A program made the position numbers and the translations under genes. Of a DNA stretch of 64,000 bases, positions 1-8,762 are shown piece by piece. Where the stretch lies: contig CAWANH010000003.1 in NCBI GenBank assembly GCA_963783375.1, positions 128,001-192,000 on the forward strand, read 5' to 3'. The DNA is from Candidatus Eiseniibacteriota bacterium (GTDB lineage Bacteria > Eisenbacteria > RBG-16-71-46 > JABDJR01). The notes beneath the pieces were generated by a model that searched no databases, was not told the origin of the DNA, and was given only the letters and a program-made list of their open reading frames with translations. The stretch's first letter is position 1. Each line of letters starts with the position of its first letter.

Positions 1-24
1 GCGGCGCGGCTACAATTGAGGCCT

Positions 25-831
25 ATGAAAACCGGAAACTCCCTCCTCGGCGTCCTCATGTTCGTGATCGTCGGAGCCGGACTCGGCCTGGGCTTCAACG
101 CCCTCCGACCCCAGCCCCTCCCCTGGGTGGCCACCCCCAAGACCGCGGTGAAGCTGGAGGACCTGTCCCCACCCACCGCCTCGGCGGACCCGGCGACGCC
201 CCTACCCTCGGAGTCCAATCCGGCATCCGGGTCGGCGATCGCCTCCGAGATGAGCGCGACCGACGGGAGCGACCACGGCGCCGCACCCGCCCCGAAAGAG
301 GACGCGCCGTCCAAGCCCGCCCCGGTGAAGGCCGCTCCGGCGGAGACCACCGCCGCGAAGGGGACCGAAGGCGGGGCGACCAACGGGAAGGCCGTCGCCG
401 ACACCGGCAAGACGGTTCCGGCCAAGCCGGCGTCCAGGATCACCGCCGAGGCGGTAAAGAAGCTTTATCCCGACATCCCCGAGTCCGACGTTCCCATCGA
501 CGTCTCCCTGGCCAAGGCCAAGGAGTTCTACGATCGGGGCGGGCTCCTGGTTCTCGACGCCCGCGATATGGACGAGTACGTCGACGGCCACATCAAGGGC
601 GCCCTGGACGCGCCGTACGACGACAAGGTCGGGGACATCCAGTGGCTGATGGACACCGCCAAGGACCCGCGTCCGATCCTCTGCTACTGCAACGGCGGGG
701 ATTGCGAGCTCTCGCTGGATCTGGGCACCGAGATCACCCGCACCGGTCACAAGCGGGTTCTCATCCTCACCGACGGGTACCCGGGATGGCGGAACGCGGG
801 ATACCCCATCGCGCCGGGAAAGAAGCCGTGA
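25..831 (+). CDS. Membrane-anchored rhodanese-like domain protein
   Basis: N-terminal TM helix, Pro/Ala/Lys-rich linker, rhodanese motifs VLDAR..EY..GHIKGA, YCNGGDC and GYPGW; ATG at 25. Confidence 0.8.
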   Translation: MKTGNSLLGVLMFVIVGAGLGLGFNALRPQPLPWVATPKTAVKLEDLSPPTASADPATPLPSESNPASGSAIASEMSATDGSDHGAAPAPKEDAPSKPAPVKAAPAETTAAKGTEGGATNGKAVADTGKTVPAKPASRITAEAVKKLYPDIPESDVPIDVSLAKAKEFYDRGGLLVLDARDMDEYVDGHIKGALDAPYDDKVGDIQWLMDTAKDPRPILCYCNGGDCELSLDLGTEITRTGHKRVLILTDGYPGWRNAGYPIAPGKKP

Positions 832-1283
832 GCGGCCCCTGGGGTTGGCGGTACATCTTCCGTCTCGCCCTCGGCATCGTGTTCGTGTGGGCTTCGCTGG
901 CCAAGATCGGCGATGTCCCGGGGTTCGCCGCAGAGATGCACAACTACCGCATCCTCCCCATCGGTCTCGAGAACGTCTTCGCCATGACCCTTCCCTGGAT
1001 CGAGCTCCTGGCCGGGGTGGCCCTGGTGGTGAACCTAGCTCCCCGCTCGGCCACGATCATCCTGGGCGCGCTTCTGGCGGTGTTCCTCCTGGCCATCCTG
1101 AGCGCGGTCATCCGGAACCTGGACATCGCCTGCGGCTGCTTCGGCACCGCGGACGCCACCCGCACCGGTTGGGTGGCCATCCTCCGGGACCTGGGATTCC
1201 TGGCCCTCGCCCTCCTCGGCTATCCATGGGGAACCGCGGAACGGGTCCGGGTTCCTTCCGCGGCCATGACCGTCCGTCCGTGA
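828..1283 (+). CDS. MauE/DoxX family membrane protein
   Basis: GTG overlaps upstream stop (GTGA); RLALGIVFVWASLAKI, LPWIEL and CGCFG motifs typical of MauE. Confidence 0.8.
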   Translation: MSGPWGWRYIFRLALGIVFVWASLAKIGDVPGFAAEMHNYRILPIGLENVFAMTLPWIELLAGVALVVNLAPRSATIILGALLAVFLLAILSAVIRNLDIACGCFGTADATRTGWVAILRDLGFLALALLGYPWGTAERVRVPSAAMTVRP

Positions 1284-1375
1284 TCCCAGGGGGAGTCGCC
1301 GGGTCCGGGACGCCGCGCCGCGGTGCCCGGCTCCTTTGGCTTGTCCCGGGCGCTCCCGACGCGTAGGCTCCCCCG

Positions 1376-2155
1376 GTGTCCGTCCTCGTCCTGATCCTCA
1401 TCTTCCTGGGGGGCTCGATCGCCGGGGTGATCAACACCATGGCCGGCGGCGGATCCCTCATCACCCTCCCCCTCCTCATCTTCGCCGGCCTCCCGCCCAC
1501 CGTGGCCAACGGCACCAATCGCGTGGCCATCGTGCTCCAGAACGTGGGGGCCCTGGCCGGCTTCCGGAAGAACGGCCTCAAGGTGGGCCGCGAGGCCTGG
1601 CTTCTTCTGATCCCTTCCCTCCTCGGCGCCTATCTGGGGGTGCGCCTGGCGGTGAACCTCGACGAGACGATGATGCGCCGGGCCATCGGGGTGATCCTGG
1701 TGGTCATGCTGGTGCCGCTGCTTCGCCGGCGCCGTCCCCGCCCCCCGGAGGGCGCGGTGCGGGTATCCACCCGCTGGTGGCTCTGGCCGGTCTATTTCGC
1801 GGTCGGGGTCTACGGAGGGTTCCTCCAGGCCGGGGTGGGATTCTTCTACCTGGCCCTGTTGGTGGGGCTCCAGGGGCTCGACCTGGTGCGGGCCAACCTG
1901 ATCAAGATCTTCCTCATTCTCATGTACAGCATTCTCGCTCTGGCCCTCTTCCTGGCCGAGGGAAAGGTGGCGCTGGTCCCCGGCCTGGCCCTGGCGGCGG
2001 GGAACGCGCTGGGAGGATGGGTGGGGGCGCACCTCGCGGTGCGAAAGGGCGAGAGCTGGATCAAGGTCGTCCTGGCCGTCGCGGTGATCGTTTCGGCGGC
2101 CCAACTCACCGGGCTCACCCGGCTTCTGGCCCGGCTGCTCGGCATCGGAGGTTGA
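1376..2155 (+). CDS. TauE/SafE family sulfite exporter
   Basis: AGGGSLITLP, ANGTNR and YGGFLQAGVG motifs; highly hydrophobic. Confidence 0.85.
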   Translation: MSVLVLILIFLGGSIAGVINTMAGGGSLITLPLLIFAGLPPTVANGTNRVAIVLQNVGALAGFRKNGLKVGREAWLLLIPSLLGAYLGVRLAVNLDETMMRRAIGVILVVMLVPLLRRRRPRPPEGAVRVSTRWWLWPVYFAVGVYGGFLQAGVGFFYLALLVGLQGLDLVRANLIKIFLILMYSILALALFLAEGKVALVPGLALAAGNALGGWVGAHLAVRKGESWIKVVLAVAVIVSAAQLTGLTRLLARLLGIGG

Positions 2156-2159
2156 GCGC

Positions 2160-3071
2160 GTGACCCCCGCATCGATCGTGGACCTCCACACCCATTTCTT
2201 CGGCCCGGTCTTCTTCCGCACCCTGGCCGCCGCCGCCCACCCGAAGGGGGACGTCGTCCCCGGCTTCGGACGCCTTCGCGCCGCGGGGATCGAGGTGCCC
2301 GGCGGAACTCCCGTCGATCACGCCCGGCGGTGGCTGGCCGAGATGGACCGCCACGGGATCGCCCGCATGGTGACCTTCGCCAGCGTTCCCGAGGAGATGG
2401 AATCGGTGGCGGAGGGGGTGGGGGTGTCCGACGGCCGGCTCATCCCCTTCTGCCTGGTGAACCCCGCCGCCGAGGCCTCGGCGGCGCGGGTGCGAACCCT
2501 GGTGGAGGCCGGAGGCGTCCGGGGGCTCCTGCTCTTCCCCGCCATGCATCATTTCGACCTTTCCGACCGGGAATTGGATCCGTTCTACCGGGAGGTGGAG
2601 CGGGCCGGGATCCCGCTCATCGTGCACATGGGCGCGCTCCGGGTCCAGGTGCGCGACATCCTGAATCTTCCCTCGGACTTCGACATCCGCTATGCGAACC
2701 CGGCGCGCCTGGCCGGAGCGGCGGAACGTTTCGCGGGAATCCGCTTCGTCATCCCCCACTTCGGCGGCGGCTACTTCGAGGACGCCCTGGCTCTCGGCCG
2801 AAGCCGTTCCAACATCTCGGTGGACACATCGAGCAGCAACGCCTGGATCCGTCTCCAGCCCGGAGCCCTCACCCTGGCCGAGGTGTTCCGGCGCGCGGTC
2901 GAAACCCTCGGCCCGAAGCGCGTCCACTTCGGCACGGACTCCAGCGTCTTTCCCCGGGGCTGGCGCGACGACGTGTACCGGGACCAGGTGCGGGCGATGG
3001 AGGAGGCCGGGCTCCCCCCGGAGGACCGGGCGCGGATTCTGGCCGGAAACACGCTTTCCCTCCTGGGCTGA
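2160..3071 (+). CDS. Amidohydrolase family protein (Amidohydro_2-like)
   Basis: DLHTH metal motif, VHMG, PHFGGG, FGTDS, ILAGN. Confidence 0.8.
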   Translation: MTPASIVDLHTHFFGPVFFRTLAAAAHPKGDVVPGFGRLRAAGIEVPGGTPVDHARRWLAEMDRHGIARMVTFASVPEEMESVAEGVGVSDGRLIPFCLVNPAAEASAARVRTLVEAGGVRGLLLFPAMHHFDLSDRELDPFYREVERAGIPLIVHMGALRVQVRDILNLPSDFDIRYANPARLAGAAERFAGIRFVIPHFGGGYFEDALALGRSRSNISVDTSSSNAWIRLQPGALTLAEVFRRAVETLGPKRVHFGTDSSVFPRGWRDDVYRDQVRAMEEAGLPPEDRARILAGNTLSLLG

Positions 3072-3152
3072 CCGGCGGCCGACAACCGGTCGCAGCCGAC
3101 GCGACGCCCCGGCCTCCGCGCGCGATTCACCGCGCGCTCCGGATGGTCTAGA

Positions 3153-3614
3153 ATGACCGCCATGGAAGTTCGCGCCGGATATCGGGAGGCTCATCTGGTG
3201 GTGGCGGCGGTGCGCGTCCTGGCCCACCGGGCCGGGGGACGCCCGCCCACCGCGGCGGAGGTGGCCGAGCTGCTCGGCCTCTCGCGGGAGTGGGTGGGGG
3301 TTCTGGCCGCGTCCCTGGAACGGGAGGGCGTCCTTCGTGCGCTGACCGGCCCCTATGAGAGCCGGTTCGAGGTGAAAGACCACCTCGCCCTGGAGAAGCT
3401 CCCTCGCGAGGAGACCTCGGCCGGCGTGGACGAGGAACTCCGCGAGTTCTCGGCCCGGAAGAAGCAGGAAGAGGAAACACTCCGGAACCTCTTCACCTCC
3501 GGCGACGCGCTCAAGAAGCAGGAGAAGAAGATCGACCGTCTGACCGACGATCTCAAACGCTTCAAGGACAGGCCTTCCCGCCGGCTTCGCGACAATCCGT
3601 TCGAGGACGACTGA
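3153..3614 (+). CDS. Hypothetical protein, probable winged-HTH plus coiled coil
   Basis: PPTAAEVAELLGLS...LEREGV resembles a wHTH; charged helical C-terminus; coding-like codon usage. Confidence 0.6.
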   Translation: MTAMEVRAGYREAHLVVAAVRVLAHRAGGRPPTAAEVAELLGLSREWVGVLAASLEREGVLRALTGPYESRFEVKDHLALEKLPREETSAGVDEELREFSARKKQEEETLRNLFTSGDALKKQEKKIDRLTDDLKRFKDRPSRRLRDNPFEDD

Positions 3615-3642
3615 GCCTCGTTCTCCGACCCGCCGATTCGTG

Positions 3643-3678
3643 TTGAGCGGGCTCAAAGCATTCTTTGATCGCGCTCAT
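3643..3678. promoter_or_regulatory. Two tandem FNR-like boxes
   Basis: TTGAG-CGGG-CTCAA (3643-3656) and TTGAT-CGCG-CTCAT (3665-3678), 22 bp apart, upstream of a Crp/Fnr gene. Confidence 0.45.
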
Positions 3679-3991
3679 GGACGCGCGTCGGGAACCGGAG
3701 TTGAATGAGCATGCCGGATCCGATCAGCGCGGACCTGGTGACTCCGGGGCGCGGGACCCGCTTTCCGTCCCGTGGACGTATCTGACCCACCGGAGCGTTT
3801 GCCGGGTAATTGGGATCTCAAACAATAGGTACTTGCCCGGGACGGGGCCTCGCGGACACGAGGCCCCGTTTCCTATCGGCCGGACGAGCCGGTTCGACAA
3901 GCCGCTTCTTGGTCGTGAATCGCCGTTTCGACGGGTTCGCGGCTTCCCACGCCCCCCCCGCATTGGCATATACTCGACTCCAGGGGAGGGG

Positions 3992-4693
3992 ATGACGATG
4001 GCGACCCCGGGTGTGACTTGCGCAGAGTGCGCCTTGAACGTGGAGGGCGCGTTTGCCGTTCTCGACGATCGGGCGAGGGGCATCCTGGACCGGGCCAAGA
4101 CCGTTCACGAGTATCAACCCGGGCAGGGCATCTTCTATGAGGGCACCCCCGCCGAAGAGGTCTACTGCATCCAGTCCGGGCTGGTGAAACTCTACCGATC
4201 CGATCCGGATGGTCGCCATTACGTTCTCCGCCTCGCCGGTCCCGGGGAGCCACTCGGCTACGAGGCGGTCATGGCCGGATTCCCCTACACCGCCACCGCG
4301 GAGGCGCTCCGCCCCACCCGGAGCTGCATTCTACCCGGGCGCATTCTCCACGAGCTCATGTCCCAGGTGCCCCAACTCGGACCCCGGTTGATCGTCGACC
4401 TCGCCGGGCGGCTCCGGGACTCCGAGGATCGCCGGGTGGCCCTGGCCCAGCTGTCGGTGCGACAGCGCGCGGCGGGTCTTCTCCTTCAGCTCGCCGACGG
4501 ATCCAAGCGGGGATCCCCCGTGACCCTCCCCCTCCGGCGCACCGAGATGGCGGACATGATCGCCACCACCCCCGAGACCCTGTCCCGGGTGCTCCGGGAT
4601 CTGGGCGAGGGGGGTTTGATCACCCTCACCCGCAAGGACCTCCTCATCCTGGATCCAAGCGGCCTCCGGGCCGCCGCCTCCCGAGAGCCCTGA
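3992..4693 (+). CDS. Crp/Fnr family transcriptional regulator
   Basis: cNMP-binding barrel (IFYEG, SGLVKL, GEPLG), HTH with TTPETLSR, N-terminal CAEC; RBS GGGGAGG before ATG 3992. Confidence 0.9.
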   Translation: MTMATPGVTCAECALNVEGAFAVLDDRARGILDRAKTVHEYQPGQGIFYEGTPAEEVYCIQSGLVKLYRSDPDGRHYVLRLAGPGEPLGYEAVMAGFPYTATAEALRPTRSCILPGRILHELMSQVPQLGPRLIVDLAGRLRDSEDRRVALAQLSVRQRAAGLLLQLADGSKRGSPVTLPLRRTEMADMIATTPETLSRVLRDLGEGGLITLTRKDLLILDPSGLRAAASREP

Positions 4694-4819
4694 TCCCCGC
4701 CTCCCCCCCCCTGCACCTCCGGAGCCCTCCGAATTCAAGCCGGCGCCCGACCCGCCGAAAACTGAACCCGAACCCGGTCACCCGGCCCACGCGCCGCCCG
4801 GGTCCGGGAGGACAGATCA

Positions 4820-6412
4820 TTGAACGATCCGACATCCGACGTGGGGGCGTACGGCGGCGTTGCCGGGAGGGTCCTTCGGGAAGCCCTCTCCGGGGCCACC
4901 GTACTCACCGGGGGCGCCCTGGTCCTGGTGCTGGGCATGGGAGGGTTCATCCTCCATCGCCTGGGCACCGAGGGAGCCGACGTCGTCTTCGGACAGTTGG
5001 TGCTGGCCCTGGTGCTGGCCCGGTTCGCCCTGAACGGGCGGTTCGGCGAGTGGGGCGGAACGCTCTTCTCCGAGCAGGGAGGATCGTGGCTCGACGTCGC
5101 GGCGGTCACCGCGCGCTACCTCGCTCTCACCGCGGTGTGGTTCGTGCCGCTCTATCTCCTGGGCTGGCGGTTGAGCGGGATGGGAGAGGCGGCGGCGGGG
5201 GCCATGATGGGAGCGGGCGGGTCCCGGATGCTCTCCCTCACCCTGCTCGCGGTGGCCGCCACCACGCTCACCCCTCCCGTGTTCCTGATCGCCTCGGTGG
5301 GGGCGGAGAACTTCGCCGAGATCTTTCTCCCCGCCCACTGGCGACGCCTGTTCGGCGGCCGGCTCCACGATCTCTTCCTGGTCTACGTGGTTTATCTGGG
5401 CGCTCTGGGCATGGTGGCCACGCTGGCCCTTCCTCCCCTTCTCGCGCTGGCCTTGCACCACCCCAACCCGGCCCTCATGACCGGACTGGGGATCCTCGCC
5501 TTCACCGTGGGCCTCTCGGCCTCGCTCCTGGGCCGGCTCTGCGGCTTCTTCACCGCCTTCGAGGGCGGGGTTGCGCCGATGGAGGCGCGATGGGATCCCG
5601 AAGATCCCGCCCTCGCGCCGGAGTTCGCCGGCCCCGAAGCCTCGATGCTCCTTTCCCCGGGAGAGGAGCCGGGAACCGCCTCCCGCGCGTCGGACCCGCC
5701 GACTGCGGTCGCGGAGGATCCCGCGGAGGCCGGGGCGATTGTCCCGGACCCGACCGGCCCTCCCCTGTCCGGTCGGGGAGCACGGTCCGAAGCGGCCGGA
5801 TTCCACCTGGTGGAAGGCGGGAAGCCGCACACCCCGTCGGGCAAGGGGCCGCTCCTCGACGCCCGGAAACGGGTGGAGGAGCTGGTCGCGCGGTTTCACA
5901 CCGACTCCGGTGCAGCCATGGACGCGCTGGAAGCGCTGCGGGAGGATTACGCTCCGAACCCGCTGGTCCTGCATGCGCTGACCCTGCTCCGGCAGAGGGC
6001 GGGGGACAAGGACGGCTCCCTCGAGCTGGCCCCCGAGGCGCTGGCCCTGTGCCTGGCGCGCGGAGCGACCAGGCTCGCCGCGGAGATCTACGCCACCCAC
6101 ATCTACGGCGCGGAGACCTTCGAGCTCTCCCGGGATCAGGTGTTGGAAATCGCCGACGAGCTTCGCCGGGACCGGATGCTCCCCGCGGCGGAAACCGCCT
6201 ACCTTCGCATTCTGGACCGGGACCGGGAGGAGCGTCGGGCGGTGAAGGGGCTCCTTCAGGTGGCCGACGGCTATCTCCATCATGCCCCCAACTTCCCCGA
6301 CGCCCACCGGCTGTACGGCGTTCTCCTGGAGCGCTGTCCGGACTCGCCCCTGGCCATGTTCATGCAGGAAGGCCTGGCCGAGGCCGAGCGACGGATGCAC
6401 CAGGCCTCGTGA
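4820..6412 (+). CDS. Membrane protein with C-terminal TPR-like domain
   Basis: Several N-terminal TM segments, acidic Pro-rich linker, helical repeats ending CPDSPLA. Confidence 0.65.
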   Translation: MNDPTSDVGAYGGVAGRVLREALSGATVLTGGALVLVLGMGGFILHRLGTEGADVVFGQLVLALVLARFALNGRFGEWGGTLFSEQGGSWLDVAAVTARYLALTAVWFVPLYLLGWRLSGMGEAAAGAMMGAGGSRMLSLTLLAVAATTLTPPVFLIASVGAENFAEIFLPAHWRRLFGGRLHDLFLVYVVYLGALGMVATLALPPLLALALHHPNPALMTGLGILAFTVGLSASLLGRLCGFFTAFEGGVAPMEARWDPEDPALAPEFAGPEASMLLSPGEEPGTASRASDPPTAVAEDPAEAGAIVPDPTGPPLSGRGARSEAAGFHLVEGGKPHTPSGKGPLLDARKRVEELVARFHTDSGAAMDALEALREDYAPNPLVLHALTLLRQRAGDKDGSLELAPEALALCLARGATRLAAEIYATHIYGAETFELSRDQVLEIADELRRDRMLPAAETAYLRILDRDREERRAVKGLLQVADGYLHHAPNFPDAHRLYGVLLERCPDSPLAMFMQEGLAEAERRMHQAS

Positions 6413-6434
6413 GCCGGGCCGGATCCGGCCGCGG

Positions 6435-6463
6435 TTGACAGCGCATTCCCCGGCGGTTTAACT
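6435..6463 (+). promoter_or_regulatory. Putative sigma70 promoter
   Basis: TTGACA-N17-TTAACT in the intergenic gap before the 6589 CDS. Confidence 0.45.
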
Positions 6464-6588
6464 CCCCCTGGGCGCGGCACGAACCTGCCGCGCTCGTTCT
6501 TCCGGTGCGCCCGCGCGCTCCGGAGCCGGGGACGGTCGCCCCCGGCGCGGCGGAAGCCTTGGCAGCCCCCGGGGGATGAACCACCGTC

Positions 6589-7521
6589 ATGACCGATTTC
6601 AAGCGCCAGGTCCTCGTGTCCGCCTGCCTTGGCCTCGCCGTGCTCGCCCCGCCCGCTCCGGCCCGGGGCGCCACCCGGCAGGCGGAGGACGTCCGTCCCC
6701 TCTTCGACGTCTTCCACCTGGAGTACGAGTCATTCCCCGAGGAGGGGCTTCGGGGAACCGGTCGCTCCTCGCCGGAAACGAAGATCCAGGTATCGGCGGC
6801 CCGGGCCGTGCTGAACCTCCCGACTCCGATCGGATCCCGCACCACCCTGATCCACGGACTCCGCTACGGTTACCTGAACACCGAGTACGCCGGGTTCCCG
6901 GCCGACTACGGCCCCCCCCGACCCACCGACCTCCACGCCGCCGGCTATTCGCTCACCGTGCTCAGGAAGTTCTCCTCGTCCTGGCTCCTCCACGTCTCCG
7001 CCGGTCCCGAGATCGCCTCCGACTTCCACCACGTCGACCACGGCCACTGGAAGGTGCGCGGCGAGGGCTACCTCGATCGCCGGATGAGGCGGAGCCTGGT
7101 CTGGGGGTTCGGGGCGGCGTACACCGACGTCACGGGAAGCCCCGAGATCCTGCCGGTGCTGCATCTGCTGGCCGGCTCCGGGGGCCGCGCGCGACTGGAG
7201 ATCCTCGTTCCCTACCGGGCGGAGGCCATGGTGACCCTCCTCCGGGGCGTCGACCTGGGGCTCTCCGCCCGCCTGGAAGGGGACCGGTACCGGCTCGGAC
7301 GAAGCGGGCCGTCGCAAAACGACTTCGTCCGATACTCCGTGGCGACCGCCGGGCCCAGCCTGGAGCTCCAGACCATGAACGGCATGTATCTCCGCCTGGA
7401 CGCCGGGACCGCCTTCTCGCGCACCCTGGAGATCCGGGACCGGAACGACGATGCGCAGGTGGGGAGCACCGAGCCCAGGAACGTCTTCTTCCTGCGGGGA
7501 GGGCTCGCGTTCAAGATCTGA
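6589..7521 (+). CDS. Outer-membrane beta-barrel protein (DUF6268-like)
   Basis: Signal peptide, alternating beta-strand pattern, aromatic C-terminal strand GGLAFKI. Confidence 0.6.
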   Translation: MTDFKRQVLVSACLGLAVLAPPAPARGATRQAEDVRPLFDVFHLEYESFPEEGLRGTGRSSPETKIQVSAARAVLNLPTPIGSRTTLIHGLRYGYLNTEYAGFPADYGPPRPTDLHAAGYSLTVLRKFSSSWLLHVSAGPEIASDFHHVDHGHWKVRGEGYLDRRMRRSLVWGFGAAYTDVTGSPEILPVLHLLAGSGGRARLEILVPYRAEAMVTLLRGVDLGLSARLEGDRYRLGRSGPSQNDFVRYSVATAGPSLELQTMNGMYLRLDAGTAFSRTLEIRDRNDDAQVGSTEPRNVFFLRGGLAFKI

Positions 7522-7546
7522 CCGCCGCATCGGAGGACGCCCCGGG

Positions 7547-8704
7547 ATGGAACATGACGACGGCCTGACCCACGACGTCCTGGTGGTGGGCGGAGGCCTG
7601 AACGGTCTCGCCGCCGCCTGGCAGCTCGCCCGCCTGGGAACGGGCCGGATCGCGGTGCTGGAGCGCTTCCGGCCCGGCCACGTCTTCGGGAGTTCCCACG
7701 GCGCCGCCCGGGTCATCCGCACCACCTATCCGAGCGCGGTGTACGCAAACCTCATGCGGGTCGCCAACGCCGAGGAGTGGCCCCGGCTGGAGCAGGCGGC
7801 CGGGGAGCCGCTGATCCACCGCCACGGCGGCATCTTCTTCGGTCCGGCGGGGGGGCTCTACGACGGCTACGCCGAGGCGATGGCCGTCTTCCCCGAGGAA
7901 GTCGACCGGCTGTCGCCGTCGGAGGCGGCGAGCCGGTATCCCGGCTTCCGGTTCGAGGACCCGGCCGGGGTGTTGTGGGACCGGACGGCGGGGGTGATCG
8001 CCGCCGCCCGGACTCTCCGGGCCCTGGATCGTCTCTGCCGTTCCGCCGGGGTGGAGATCCTCGAGGAGACGCGGGTGACCGGGATCGCCCCCGGCCCGGG
8101 GGCCGTCCGGGTGGCCACCGATCGGGGAACCCAGCGGGCGGAGCGGGTGATCGTGACCGCGGGGCCGTGGACGGCGACGCTCGTCCCCGAGCTTTCCCGC
8201 CGGCTCACCGTGAAGCGCCAGCACGTGGGCTACTACCGGCTGGGGATGGGTCGCTCCGACGTCTCCCCCGAGCGGTTCCCGATCTGGGCCTACCTCGGCC
8301 GGGAGGAGGACGACTTCTACTACGGCCTCCCCGAGTTCGAGCGAGTGGGGGTCAAGGCGGCCCGCCACGTGACCTCGGGTGGGACCGGGGACGACCCGGA
8401 CGCGGATCGCGAGCCCTCGGAGCCGGTCCTCCAGGACCTGGACGCCTTCGTGAGGCGGCTCTTCACCGCATCGGTGGAAGAGCGCATCGCCGCGGAAACG
8501 TGCCTCTACACCAACGCCCCCAACGAGGACTTCATCCTCGATCGCCATCCCTCGGACCCTCGAATCGTGATCGGCGCGGGGTTCTCCGGTCACGGCTTCA
8601 AGTTCGGCCCCTTGACCGGCCGGATCCTGGCCGAGTTGTCCCTCCACGGCCGGACCACCGTGGAACCGTTCGAGTCGAACCGGAGGGTCTTCGCTTTCCC
8701 GTGA
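7547..8704 (+). CDS. N-methyl amino acid oxidase (monomeric sarcosine oxidase/SolA family)
   Basis: GGGLNG FAD motif, GSSHG, CLYT (covalent FAD Cys), GFSGHGFKF. Confidence 0.85.
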   Translation: MEHDDGLTHDVLVVGGGLNGLAAAWQLARLGTGRIAVLERFRPGHVFGSSHGAARVIRTTYPSAVYANLMRVANAEEWPRLEQAAGEPLIHRHGGIFFGPAGGLYDGYAEAMAVFPEEVDRLSPSEAASRYPGFRFEDPAGVLWDRTAGVIAAARTLRALDRLCRSAGVEILEETRVTGIAPGPGAVRVATDRGTQRAERVIVTAGPWTATLVPELSRRLTVKRQHVGYYRLGMGRSDVSPERFPIWAYLGREEDDFYYGLPEFERVGVKAARHVTSGGTGDDPDADREPSEPVLQDLDAFVRRLFTASVEERIAAETCLYTNAPNEDFILDRHPSDPRIVIGAGFSGHGFKFGPLTGRILAELSLHGRTTVEPFESNRRVFAFP

Positions 8705-8762
8705 CCCGGGCCGCGCGGCCTCCGTTCACCGGGGGCGGCTCTCGGTTACCCAGGACCGGAGG

